Assembly: GCA_963707915.1 (NCBI GenBank) | Contig: OY970178.1 | Coordinates: 384,001 to 448,000, forward strand | Direction of reading: 5' to 3' | Source: Candidatus Eiseniibacteriota bacterium | Lineage (GTDB): Bacteria > Eisenbacteria > RBG-16-71-46 | DNA: 64,000 nucleotides | In this document: piece by piece, positions 41,844-51,174 of the stretch | Position numbering within the stretch: the stretch's first letter is position 1 | Layout: every line of letters starts with the position of its first letter | Notes under the pieces: generated by a model | The model's input: the letters and a program-made list of their open reading frames with translations, nothing else | The model's database searches: none | Told to the model about the DNA's origin: nothing | Position numbers and translations under genes: made by a program

Positions 41844-44066
41844 GTGCCCCCATCCGTGCGAAACCTCCCCGCGCTGTTCGTGGCCGCGATGTTCGCGGTG
41901 TCCGTCGCCGTGACCCCGGCCCGCCCGGGCGTCCTCCTCTCCGAGCTGTGCGATCCTGCGAGCAACTACACCACCGATCGCTTCATCGAGATCTACAACA
42001 CCGGCCCCGACGCGGTGGACCTCACGAGCTGGTCGGTGGTCGCGGTGGCGAACGGCGGGGACGGCACCACCTGGGCGCTCTCGGGCACCATCGCCCCGGG
42101 ACAGGCGAAGGTGCTGGGCTACACGACGCCGACGACCGCCTTCACCGTGAACTTCCCGAACGCCGCGTGGAACGCCAACAGCAGCTCGGGCGGCGCCTAC
42201 AACTGGAACGGCAAGGTCGGTGACGGCGCGAAGCTGAAGAACGCCGGCGGCACGGTGATCGACATCGTGGTGGCGACCGGGACGCTGTTCGAGAACTCGT
42301 CCCTGGCCCGCAACGCGAGCGTCACCAGCCCGAACTCCGTCTACACGCCCTCCGAGTGGACCGCGACCGCCGTGACGCTCGCCACCGACGCGACCCCGGG
42401 GTCGCACAACGGCTCGCAGGTCACCGCCGCGGGACCGAGGATCGCGAACCTCGTGACCGACCCCGCGGTCCCGGTGGCGGGGGCCGGGGTGGCGGTGCAG
42501 GCGAGCGTGGTGGACACCAGCGGCGCGATCGCGTCGGTGACGCTGTCCTGGGGCACGGCCCCGTCGTCCCTGCCCAACGCCATCGCGATGACGCTGCTGT
42601 CGGATTCCACCTACCGGACGAGCGCCGCGATCCCGGCGCAGTCCGCCGGGGCGACGGTCTACTACCAGGTGACGGCGGTGGGCGCATCGGCCAGCAGCAC
42701 CTCGTCGGTGCTGAGCTACACGCTCGGCGGCGGCGGGAGTGGGGCGCCGACCCTCCTCTGGGTGTACGAGACCAGCGACTCGACGCTGCTGGTCCAGTTC
42801 AGCGAGCCGGTGGAGGAGACCAGCGCCGAGACCCCGGGCAACTACACGGTGGGTGCGCTGGTCGGCGTCGACGCGGTGCGCGACCCGGCCCAGACCTCCC
42901 AGGTGCTGGTGACCGTCCGCGGCATCCCCGCGGGAACGCGCACGCTGGCCGTGAACGGCGTGGCCGACCTGACCGCCAGCGTGGCGTACGGTGCGACCTG
43001 CAGCTTCAACTACGTGGACGTGAGCATCCCGGCCGGCTATTACGCCGGCACCGCCGGACTCAAGGGCTCGGCGCTGCGCGTCGCGCTCCACAACATCATC
43101 AAGAACCACACGGTCCAGAGCTACGCGTACGCGCTCACGGCCTTCGGGACCACCGACGTCAAGCCGAACGGCAGGATCTGGGACATGTACTCCGACGTGC
43201 CGGGCGGCACGCCGCCCTACGAGTACGCCGTCGGCGGGACCGGGCAGGGCGGCTCCGAGGGGCTCGGCTACAACCGCGAGCACTCCTGGCCGCAGTCCTG
43301 GTTCAACGGCGTGTCGCCGCCGTACTCGGACCTGTGGGTCCTCTATCCGACCGACTCCTACGTGAACAACTACCGCGGGAACTACCCGTACGGCGAGGTC
43401 GCCGGCGCCACCTACACCTCGCTCAACGGCAGCCAGCTCGGATCGAGCGCCAGCGCCGGCTACTCCGGCACGGTGTTCGAGCCGATCGACGCCTTCAAGG
43501 GCGACCTCGCGCGCAGCACGTTCTACGTCTCGACGCGGTACTTCAACGAGGACGCCAGCTGGGCGAGCAGCGGGTCGGCCAACCGCGCCGAGTTGCTGGG
43601 CTGGGCGGTCGATCAGTACTCGGCCTGGAACACGGCCGACCCGGTGAGCTGGAAGGAGCGCATGCGCAACGGGGCGATCTACGTCATCCAGCACAACCGG
43701 AACCCCTTCGTCGACCATCCCGAGTACATCGCCATGATCTACGATTCGAGCTCGGTGGTCGGCGTGGGTGACGTCGCGGCGGCGAACGCGGTGCGCCTGC
43801 GTCCGAACCTGCCGAACCCGTTCGGCGCGCAGACCACCATCGCGTTCGACCTCGCCCGCCGGGAGCGCGTCACGCTCCGGATCTACGACGTCACCGGGCG
43901 CCTGGTCCGGACCCTGGCCGACGGCAGCGAGCTGGAGGCCGGCGGTCACCGGGTCGAGTGGAACGGGCGGGACGAGGGCGGCGCGCAGCTCGTGGCGGGG
44001 CTGTACTTCTGCCGGCTGGTCGCCGGCCCGGCGAGCGAGACCCGACGGATGGTGCTCGCGCGGTGA
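41844..44066 (+). CDS. Extracellular endonuclease I family nuclease with lamin-tail-like, Ig-like and FlgD-Ig-like domains
   Basis: N-terminal LLSE..FIEIYN; nuclease motifs YNREHSWPQSWF, N.YRGNYPYG, KGDLAR, RNGAIY..QHNRNPFVDHPE. Confidence 0.88.
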   Translation: MPPSVRNLPALFVAAMFAVSVAVTPARPGVLLSELCDPASNYTTDRFIEIYNTGPDAVDLTSWSVVAVANGGDGTTWALSGTIAPGQAKVLGYTTPTTAFTVNFPNAAWNANSSSGGAYNWNGKVGDGAKLKNAGGTVIDIVVATGTLFENSSLARNASVTSPNSVYTPSEWTATAVTLATDATPGSHNGSQVTAAGPRIANLVTDPAVPVAGAGVAVQASVVDTSGAIASVTLSWGTAPSSLPNAIAMTLLSDSTYRTSAAIPAQSAGATVYYQVTAVGASASSTSSVLSYTLGGGGSGAPTLLWVYETSDSTLLVQFSEPVEETSAETPGNYTVGALVGVDAVRDPAQTSQVLVTVRGIPAGTRTLAVNGVADLTASVAYGATCSFNYVDVSIPAGYYAGTAGLKGSALRVALHNIIKNHTVQSYAYALTAFGTTDVKPNGRIWDMYSDVPGGTPPYEYAVGGTGQGGSEGLGYNREHSWPQSWFNGVSPPYSDLWVLYPTDSYVNNYRGNYPYGEVAGATYTSLNGSQLGSSASAGYSGTVFEPIDAFKGDLARSTFYVSTRYFNEDASWASSGSANRAELLGWAVDQYSAWNTADPVSWKERMRNGAIYVIQHNRNPFVDHPEYIAMIYDSSSVVGVGDVAAANAVRLRPNLPNPFGAQTTIAFDLARRERVTLRIYDVTGRLVRTLADGSELEAGGHRVEWNGRDEGGAQLVAGLYFCRLVAGPASETRRMVLAR

Positions 44067-44107
44067 CCGGGAACGCCCCCGAATCGAGGCACGGCTGCTG
44101 ATCTCCT

Positions 44108-44133
44108 GGCGGCCACCCGCGCGGGTGGCCGCC
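44108..44133. repeat. Perfect 26-bp palindrome (terminator or REP-like)
   Basis: GGCGGCCACCCGC|GCGGGTGGCCGCC. Confidence 0.6.
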
Positions 44134-44244
44134 GCACTCCGGACGGTTCGTCGCGCGGTTGCGCCACGCGGTCCCATGCGCTAGAAGGAGGCGAGCGGTC
44201 GGCGACCGGTCGCCCGCGCGCCCCCTCTTCCCGAGCGAGGAGCC

Positions 44245-45162
44245 ATGACGGCTGTGCATCCTGAACTCGTGGTCATGGCCGCCGGCGTGGGTTCGCGCTT
44301 CGGCGGCCTCAAGCAGCTCGAGCCGGTCGGTCCGGGCGGCGAGAAGCTCATCGATTACTCGATCTACGACGCCCTGCGCGCGGGCGTGGAGCGGGTCGTC
44401 TTCGTCATCCGCCCCGAGATGGAGGCCGACTTCCATGCGCTCGTCGGCGCCCGTTTCACGGGGCGCGCGGAGGTCGTCTACGCGCACCAGGCGCTCGGCG
44501 ACCTGCCGGACGGCCTCGTCCCGCCGGCGGGGCGCGTCAAGCCGTGGGGGACCGCGCACGCGATCCTCGCCGCGCGGCGGGTGGTGCGCGCGCCCTTCCT
44601 GGTCATCAACGCGGACGACTTCTACGGCGCCGCGGCGTACGGCGCCGCGGCCGCCTTCCTGCGTGCGCCGGCCGGCGCGCCGCCGGAGCGCTGGGCGATG
44701 GTCGGCTACCACCTCGCCAACACGCTGTCCGCGCACGGCGCCGTCTCGCGCGGCGTGTGCTCGGTCGGGTCCGGCGGCCTGCTGCGCGACATCGTCGAGC
44801 GCACCGCGCTCACCCCGTGCGACGGTGGCGCGCGCGAGACCGGCCCCGACGGTGCCGAGCGCCGCTACCCGGGCGACACGCCGGTCTCGATGAACTTCTG
44901 GGCGTTCACGCCCGCGATCTTCGGCCACCTGACCGAGCGGTTCGCGCGCTTCCTGGAAGGGCGGGGGCAGGACCTCAAGTCCGAGTTCTACATCCCCGCC
45001 GCGGTCAAGGAGTTGATGGACGAGGGCCGCGCGACGGTACGCGTGCTCGATTCTCCGGACCCGTGGTTCGGCCTGACGTATCGCGAGGACCGCGACGCGG
45101 TGGCGGCCCGGCTGCGCGAGCTCGTCGCCCGGGGCGACTACCCGGCGCGGCTCTGGGGGTAG
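44245..45162 (+). CDS. Sugar-phosphate nucleotidyltransferase family protein
   Basis: Motifs MAAGVGSRFGGLKQ, KPWGTAHA, INADDFYG, VSMNFW, WFGLTY. Confidence 0.9.
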   Translation: MTAVHPELVVMAAGVGSRFGGLKQLEPVGPGGEKLIDYSIYDALRAGVERVVFVIRPEMEADFHALVGARFTGRAEVVYAHQALGDLPDGLVPPAGRVKPWGTAHAILAARRVVRAPFLVINADDFYGAAAYGAAAAFLRAPAGAPPERWAMVGYHLANTLSAHGAVSRGVCSVGSGGLLRDIVERTALTPCDGGARETGPDGAERRYPGDTPVSMNFWAFTPAIFGHLTERFARFLEGRGQDLKSEFYIPAAVKELMDEGRATVRVLDSPDPWFGLTYREDRDAVAARLRELVARGDYPARLWG

Positions 45163-45173
45163 GGGACCGCCCG

Positions 45174-46049
45174 ATGGGGGCGTCCGACCGGCCGCTCGCC
45201 ACCGCCGTGCTCGCGTCGCTCGCCCTGGCCGCCTTCGCGGCCAACTCGGTGATCTGCCGCGCGGCGCTGGGCGGCCGCCTGATCGACGCTCCCGGGTTCG
45301 CGGCGATCAGGATCGCGGCCGGCGCCGTGACGCTGCTCCTGCTCCAGGGCGGGTCGCGCCGCAGCCTCCGGCCCGGGTCCGACCTGGTGCAACCGGCCAT
45401 GCTCTTCGTCTACGCGACGGCCTTCGCCTTCGCCTATCTCCGCCTGGGAAGCGGCACGGGCGCCCTCCTCCTGTTCGGCGCCGTCCAGGCCACGATGATC
45501 CTGGCCGCGTTCCGCTCGGGGGAGCGCTTCCGGCCGATCGAGGCGATCGGGCTGGTCCTGGCCCTCAGCGGGCTCGCCTGCCTGGTCGCTCCGGGCGTGA
45601 CCGCGCCTTCCCCGGGCGGCGCGGCCATCATGGTCGCGGCCGGCGTCGCCTGGGGGATCTACTCGCTGCGGGGCCGGGGCAGCGTGGACCCGCTGGGCGA
45701 CACCACGCGCAACTTCGTCCTCGCGGTGCCGCTGTCGCTGGTCGTGGTCGGATTCGCGCTGCGCGATTCCCACTTCACGCCGCCGGGCGTCGGGTTGGCC
45801 GTGGTGTCGGGCGCGATCACCTCGGGGCTGGGCTACGTCGCGTGGTTCGCCGCGCTGCGCGGCCTGACCGCGATCCGTGCCGCCATCGTCCAACTGGCGG
45901 TGCCGGCGCTCGCCGCCGCCGGGGGCGTGGCCTTCCTCTCCGAGCGGGTGTCCCTGCGTCTCGTCCTGTCGGGTCTGCTGATCCTGGGAGGCGTCGCGCT
46001 GGCGATCGCGGGGCGGTCGCGATCGGGCGGGGGCCGCGCCGCGGCCTAG
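45174..46049 (+). CDS. DMT/EamA family transporter
   Basis: Motifs AFAANSVICR, GALLLFGAVQ, AWGIYSL, SGLGY; about 10 TMs. Confidence 0.9.
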   Translation: MGASDRPLATAVLASLALAAFAANSVICRAALGGRLIDAPGFAAIRIAAGAVTLLLLQGGSRRSLRPGSDLVQPAMLFVYATAFAFAYLRLGSGTGALLLFGAVQATMILAAFRSGERFRPIEAIGLVLALSGLACLVAPGVTAPSPGGAAIMVAAGVAWGIYSLRGRGSVDPLGDTTRNFVLAVPLSLVVVGFALRDSHFTPPGVGLAVVSGAITSGLGYVAWFAALRGLTAIRAAIVQLAVPALAAAGGVAFLSERVSLRLVLSGLLILGGVALAIAGRSRSGGGRAAA

Positions 46050-46103
46050 GCACGGGCCGGGCGCGGCGACGTGCAGCGGCGGGCCCGGCGTCCGCGACCT
46101 AGC

Positions 46104-47164
46104 TGTGGAGTCTCACTAGGTTGTTCACAGGTTGAGACTGTTCAACCGGGGTCCTTCTGACAGATGTTGGTGGTGTTCGAAGCCGTCAACGTCTGACCAG
46201 CGAGGAACCCCGGATGAACCTCCACAGTGGAGCACGGACCTGCCCTGCCAGTCGAGCACTGCTTGTTGGCCGGGTACGGGAGTCGGGCTGGAGCGTGACC
46301 CGAGCGGCCACGGCCGCAGGGATCAGCCGCCGGACGGCCCACAAGTGGCTGGGCCGCTACCAGGCCGAGGACTCGGCCAGCCTGCAGGACCGCAGCTCGC
46401 GGCCTCGGCGCCACCCCCACGCGACCCCGATCGAATGGCGGGAGATGATCCTGCTGCTGCGGCGCACGAGGATGACCGGGCCGCAGATCGCCCGGGACCT
46501 GAAGCGTCCGCGGGCAACGGTGGCGCGGGTGCTCAAACGCGCCGGGCTGGAACGGCTCCAGAAGCTCGAGCCGCAGGAGCCCGCGAACCGCTACCAGCAT
46601 CGTCGCCCGGGGGACCTGCTCCACTTCGACGTCAAGAAACTGGGGCGGATCAGTGGCTTCTACGGTCACCGCATCACCGGAGACCGCCGGCGACGGGGTC
46701 ATCGGGTGGGCTGGGACTACGTGCACGTCGCCATCGACGACCGCAGCCGGATCGCCTATGCCGAGGTGCTGCGGGACGAGACCGGCGTGACCTCGGCAGC
46801 GTTCCTGCGTCGTGCTGTGGCCTGGTTCCGCACCTTGGGCATCCGCATCCGCCGAATCCTCAGTGACAACGGCTCGGGCTACCTCGCGCGCTGCTTTGCT
46901 CACGAGGTGGAACGGCTGCGCTTGGTCCACAAACGTACGCGGCCCTACCGCCCGAGGACGAACGGCAAGGCCGAGCGCTTCATCCAGACCCTGATCCGCG
47001 AGTGGGCCTACGGGGCCGCCTACCTGACCTCCGAGGTCCGGGCCCGCGTCCTGCCCCGCTGGCTTCGCTACTACAACCAGAGACGTCCACACGGTAGTCT
47101 GGACGGCCTACCACCCTTCAGTCGGTTGCGACCCCGGGTGAGAACAACGTCCTGAGACTCCACA
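46104..47164 (+). mobile_element. IS481-family insertion sequence (copy 2), intact
   Basis: Terminal inverted repeat TGTGGAGTCTCA...TGAGACTCCACA. 6-bp target duplication CCTAGC at 46098-46103 and 47165-47170. Confidence 0.95.
46214..47155 (+). CDS. IS481-family transposase
   Basis: Motifs MNLHSGART, PGDLLHFDVKKLG, HVAIDD, SDNG, TNGKAERFIQT, YNQRRPH. Confidence 0.96.
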   Translation: MNLHSGARTCPASRALLVGRVRESGWSVTRAATAAGISRRTAHKWLGRYQAEDSASLQDRSSRPRRHPHATPIEWREMILLLRRTRMTGPQIARDLKRPRATVARVLKRAGLERLQKLEPQEPANRYQHRRPGDLLHFDVKKLGRISGFYGHRITGDRRRRGHRVGWDYVHVAIDDRSRIAYAEVLRDETGVTSAAFLRRAVAWFRTLGIRIRRILSDNGSGYLARCFAHEVERLRLVHKRTRPYRPRTNGKAERFIQTLIREWAYGAAYLTSEVRARVLPRWLRYYNQRRPHGSLDGLPPFSRLRPRVRTTS

Positions 47165-47165
47165 C

Positions 47166-48122
47166 CTAGCGGGCCGACCTCGCCAGCGGGTGGAAGTCGC
47201 CGGTCAGCCCGACCGGGCCGGACGTGCGGATGCGATGCGCCAGCTCGATCGCGGGGCGCGCGTCGCGCACCCCGAACCCCCGGCCCTCGAGCATCTCGCG
47301 GTAGCAGGCGGTGTGCAGGTCGGCGAAGCCCTCCGAGAACTCGATCGCCTCGCCGTCCAGCGTGAGGGAGCGGAAGGTGGAGCGGCCCCCGGCCTCGGCG
47401 GGCAGGTCGGCGCGGTCGAGGGAGAGGAACCAGCGCACGCGCGCCCGCTTCAGCTCGATGAAGCCCGCCATCTTGTCAGGTCGCGCCAGGTGGACGCGCT
47501 GGTCGAGCACCGGCCCGAAGACCCAGGCGAGCATGTCGAAGAAGTGGATGCCGATGTTCGTGCCGATGCCGCCGGAGCGGCTCTCGTCGCCCTTCCAGGA
47601 GACGAAGTACCACGGGCCCCGCGAGGTGATGTAGGTGAGATCGAGGTCGTGGACGCGGCCGTCCGGCTCCGCCGCGATGCGCCGGCGGAGGTCCACCATC
47701 GCCGGGTGCAGGCGGAGCTGCAGCAGCGCGTAGACGCGCCGCTGGTACTCCGTCTCCAGCTCCTCGAGCGCGTCGAGGTTCCACGGGTTGAGCACCAGCG
47801 GCTTCTCGCAGAGCGCGTCGGCGTGGATGCGCAGCGCGAAGCGGATGTGCGCGTCGTGGAGGTAGTTCGGGGAGCAGATCGAGACGACGTGGATCCGCTG
47901 ATCCGGATCCATGCGGCGCAGCTTCTCCGCGTGGCGGTCGAAGCGCTCGAAGTCGACGAAGAACCGCGCCTGGGGGAAGTGGCGGTCGAGGACGCCCACC
48001 GAGTCCGACGGGTCCAGGGCGGCGACCAGGCGCTGGCCGGTGTCCTGGATGGCCTGCAGGTGCCGCGGGGCGATGTAGCCCGCGGCGCCGGTGAGAGCGA
48101 AGTTGCGAGGGGACGTTTCCAT
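47166..48122 (-). CDS. Gfo/Idh/MocA oxidoreductase, WbpB/WlbA-like UDP-GlcNAcA 3-dehydrogenase
   Basis: Motifs GAAGYIAPRH, ICSPNYLH, CEKPLVLNPWN, SWKG, TNIGIHFFD. Confidence 0.9.
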   Translation of the reverse strand: METSPRNFALTGAAGYIAPRHLQAIQDTGQRLVAALDPSDSVGVLDRHFPQARFFVDFERFDRHAEKLRRMDPDQRIHVVSICSPNYLHDAHIRFALRIHADALCEKPLVLNPWNLDALEELETEYQRRVYALLQLRLHPAMVDLRRRIAAEPDGRVHDLDLTYITSRGPWYFVSWKGDESRSGGIGTNIGIHFFDMLAWVFGPVLDQRVHLARPDKMAGFIELKRARVRWFLSLDRADLPAEAGGRSTFRSLTLDGEAIEFSEGFADLHTACYREMLEGRGFGVRDARPAIELAHRIRTSGPVGLTGDFHPLARSAR

Positions 48123-48319
48123 GGGTCCATTCTCCAGCGACGCGTGAGCCCGACCGCCGGCTCGCAAGCGTCGGGACGGGGCAACTGCGGCATCCTACCA
48201 GATGCGCAGGAACGTGCGGCACCCGTCGTGACCTCGCCCCCGCGGCCGAGCCGCTCCGGCACCTGGGCGCGGCAAAGGTGCGGCCGTCCCGCCGTCGGGT
48301 CCCGGAGGGATCCCGCCGC

Positions 48320-48961
48320 CTACCCGCCGAACAGGGCCTGCGGCTTTACGCGGAACGACTCGTTGAACAGGACGACCACGAGGCCGACGTACGCCGCGAG
48401 CCCCAGGACGATCAGCCACTGAGCCGTGGACGTCTTCTGGATGGCCTGCCGCGATCCTGCGTCACACGTCTCTCCAGGGCAGTACTGCGCCTTCTCGCGA
48501 TAGACCAGCGAGTAGACCTTGCAGCCGAGGCAGATGCCGAAGGCGGTCTCGAAGAACAGGAAGATGAGGCAGGCGAGACAGATGAGGCCGGAGATCATGC
48601 CGTAGGTGTTCATCACGTTCACGAGGACGAACATCGCCGAGACCAGGACCACGCCGATGATCCAGGCGAACCGCTTCTGCTGCGCGCCGACGTATTCGGG
48701 GACCTGGTTCCTGACGATCAGCCGGCCGAGGATCAGCGAAGGGGAGAACCGGGGATTGATGAAGACGCGGATCATGATGTCCGGGAGGAAGATCGCGACC
48801 GCGTACTTCAGGAGCAGGAAGTTCTCCTTGAGGCCGGCGGCCATCACGGAGATGAACATCATCAGGAACAGCAGGCCGGCCGCCGCGCGGATCTCCCGCT
48901 GGTTCAATACGGGGATGCGATACCCTTCCACGTCCTCTCCGAACCTGAAGATCCTGCTCAT
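48320..48961 (-). CDS. DUF4395-type membrane protein
   Basis: Motifs EIRAAAG, QKRFAW, FETAFGICLGC, CPGETC. Confidence 0.8.
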   Translation of the reverse strand: MSRIFRFGEDVEGYRIPVLNQREIRAAAGLLFLMMFISVMAAGLKENFLLLKYAVAIFLPDIMIRVFINPRFSPSLILGRLIVRNQVPEYVGAQQKRFAWIIGVVLVSAMFVLVNVMNTYGMISGLICLACLIFLFFETAFGICLGCKVYSLVYREKAQYCPGETCDAGSRQAIQKTSTAQWLIVLGLAAYVGLVVVLFNESFRVKPQALFGG

Positions 48962-49138
48962 GCGGCGTTCCCTTTCCACCGATGGACTGCGCAAGTGCGG
49001 GCGACTCCTGGCGCCCCTGGGCGAACGTCCATCATGCAGGATAGCCGGGTCGACCGGCGCCCCGAAAGTGACCGGCGCGAGGTGCGATCCGTCGAGCGCG
49101 GGGTCCCGCGGGATGTCCGAGCAGCGGGCCTTCGCCGG

Positions 49139-50374
49139 TCAGTCTTCCTGCGGCCAGCCGTACTCCCGCGCGATCGCCCGGACGATCTCCATGGCGAGCA
49201 GGTTGCCCTTGGCGCCGTTGGTCATGACGACCGCCCCCTGGCCGGACTCCGGATAGCCGACCAGCCAGCAGGTCGCGCCGGGCCAGTTGTCGCCTGGATG
49301 GAGGAAGGACAGGCCCGGCCCCCGGCCGTGGAGCAGGATTCCGAGTCCGTCGGACAGGGGCATCCCCAGCAGCTCGGGGTCGAGTTCCACCTGCGGCTGG
49401 AACATCTCCCGGGCGGTCGCCTGCGAGAACAGCCGCTCCGAGCGCCCCTGCCGGGCGAGCATCAACTCGATCGTGAAGCGAGCCAGGTCGGAGGGGGTCG
49501 TCATCAGGCCGCCCTGGGCCAGGGCGGTCGGGTGCATCGCCGGCTCCTGGACCGCCCCCTCCTGGTCGTGCGGCAAGGCCTCTTCGGCGCGCAGCCTCGG
49601 CGCCAGCGGATAGATGAAGGTGCTGGACCGCATGCCCAGCGGCCGGAAGACGATCTCGTCCACGATGCGTGTGAGCGGCCTTCCGGTGACGTCTTCCAGG
49701 ATCATCTGGATCACCGCGTAGCCGACGTTCGAGTACTCCCAGCTCGTGCCGGGGACCGTCCCCACGATCGCGGGCTTGTTCCGGGCGGGGGGCTCGCCGT
49801 TCAGGACCTGGACCAGCGTGGGCGGCGTGTCGTCCCAGCCCATGTTGGTCGAGGGCAGGCCGGCCTGGTGCGTCAGCAGCAGGCGCAAGGTGACCTTGTG
49901 GTCCCGCGTGAGGTCGCTGGCGGGGGTCCGCCAGGACTTCAGGTAAGTGTCGACGTCCGCGTCGAGGTCGAGTTGGCCGCGTTCGACCAGATGCATGACG
50001 GTCGCCGCCACCACGGCCTTGCTGGTCGAAGCGGCTTCGAAGCGGGAGTCCGGAGTCGCCGGCGCGCGACCGCCGGCCTGGAGAAGCCCGTATCCCTTGG
50101 CCCACTGGATCCGGAAGCCGTCGATGACGGCGATGCTCACCCCCGGAATGCGGTAGAACGCCATGCGCTCGGACAGCGTCGCAGTGTTCGCCGGCCCCCG
50201 GCCGGCGGAGTCGGCGGATGCCGGTGCGCCCGCCGACAACCCGTTCTCGATGCGCCATGCCCGCTGTTCGGGCCGTGGCGCCGGCACATCGAGCGCCCGC
50301 GCCTCGAGAGTCGAGCACGAGGCGAAGGCGATCACGGCGGCGAGCAGGTGGGGCGGGGAGATCCGCGGCATCAT
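49139..50374 (-). CDS. Serine hydrolase, beta-lactamase class C-like (S12)
   Basis: SxxK (ASTSK), LLTHQAG, YSN, AQGGL, HPG. Signal or lipoprotein peptide. Confidence 0.9.
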   Translation of the reverse strand: MMPRISPPHLLAAVIAFASCSTLEARALDVPAPRPEQRAWRIENGLSAGAPASADSAGRGPANTATLSERMAFYRIPGVSIAVIDGFRIQWAKGYGLLQAGGRAPATPDSRFEAASTSKAVVAATVMHLVERGQLDLDADVDTYLKSWRTPASDLTRDHKVTLRLLLTHQAGLPSTNMGWDDTPPTLVQVLNGEPPARNKPAIVGTVPGTSWEYSNVGYAVIQMILEDVTGRPLTRIVDEIVFRPLGMRSSTFIYPLAPRLRAEEALPHDQEGAVQEPAMHPTALAQGGLMTTPSDLARFTIELMLARQGRSERLFSQATAREMFQPQVELDPELLGMPLSDGLGILLHGRGPGLSFLHPGDNWPGATCWLVGYPESGQGAVVMTNGAKGNLLAMEIVRAIAREYGWPQED

Positions 50375-50669
50375 GGGAGCCTCTCGAGTGGCTTGGGAAT
50401 TGGCGACCGCCCGCCGGATGGCGCCGGCGGGCCGTTCCGGCGGCCGGTCCGCCGGCGCTGTAGCGACGGACCCGCCCCGGGCTGGATGTGGGACCGCATG
50501 GATGGACCGCGATCGCGCGGCGAGAGGTTTCGGCGCGACCCGGATCGTCCACGAACGCACCCTTTCCGATGACGGGTGCACGGGGTACGGCCTTCACTCT
50601 CCTGTGCGCCCGCGGTGCAGAAGCGGACCGAGCCAATCACCGGCGGCACCCGCGACCCGCGAACCTGCA

Positions 50670-50842
50670 CGGCCTCGAATGACGAGGCCGAGTTCGAAGA
50701 GAAGGGCATGCGGGTCATCGAGCGCCTCTACGTGGTGGGTTCGACCGAATTCCAGCGGGTCGCGGCCGTGCCTCACGGGGACGACTGGAAGCTCGGCAAC
50801 TTCCTCGATTCGTTCCAGATCACTCGCTGGCTGCGGCGGTGA
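50670..50842 (+). pseudogene. Possible C-terminal gene fragment
   Basis: Protein-like stretch EFEEKGMRVIERLYVVG...FLDSFQIT with coding-like codon use but no good start. Confidence 0.3.
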
Positions 50843-51087
50843 TCCACCAGGATGGCGTCCCCAAGATTCAGGATTTCGAACCGGGTCGCCCGCTGGCTGC
50901 GAAGGATGGATGCGCTTCGGCAGGCGATCAGCACCGCGGCCTGGGTCTGCGCCAGCGTCAAGGTAGTGGCAACGGGAGGGTCCGCGCCCCGGTGCCGGAC
51001 AGCGGCGCCCGCCCGCCCGAGATGTCCGCCCGCCGCTCGGGAAAGCCATGCGCGGATCCGTGCGGGCCTCGCCTATCTCCCGCCCGG

Positions 51088-51117
51088 GTGTGACGCGGAG
51101 GCCGTTGCTGTCTCCAA
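51088..51117 (+). promoter_or_regulatory. Putative ECF promoter upstream of the FG-GAP gene
   Basis: GTGTGACG-N16-CTCCAA, with the same boxes and spacing as 58682-58711. Confidence 0.7.
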
Positions 51118-51174
51118 GCGGTGTCCACGATGCCGTGCACGTCCACCCGCCTGCATCCCGATGTGAGGAGCGTC

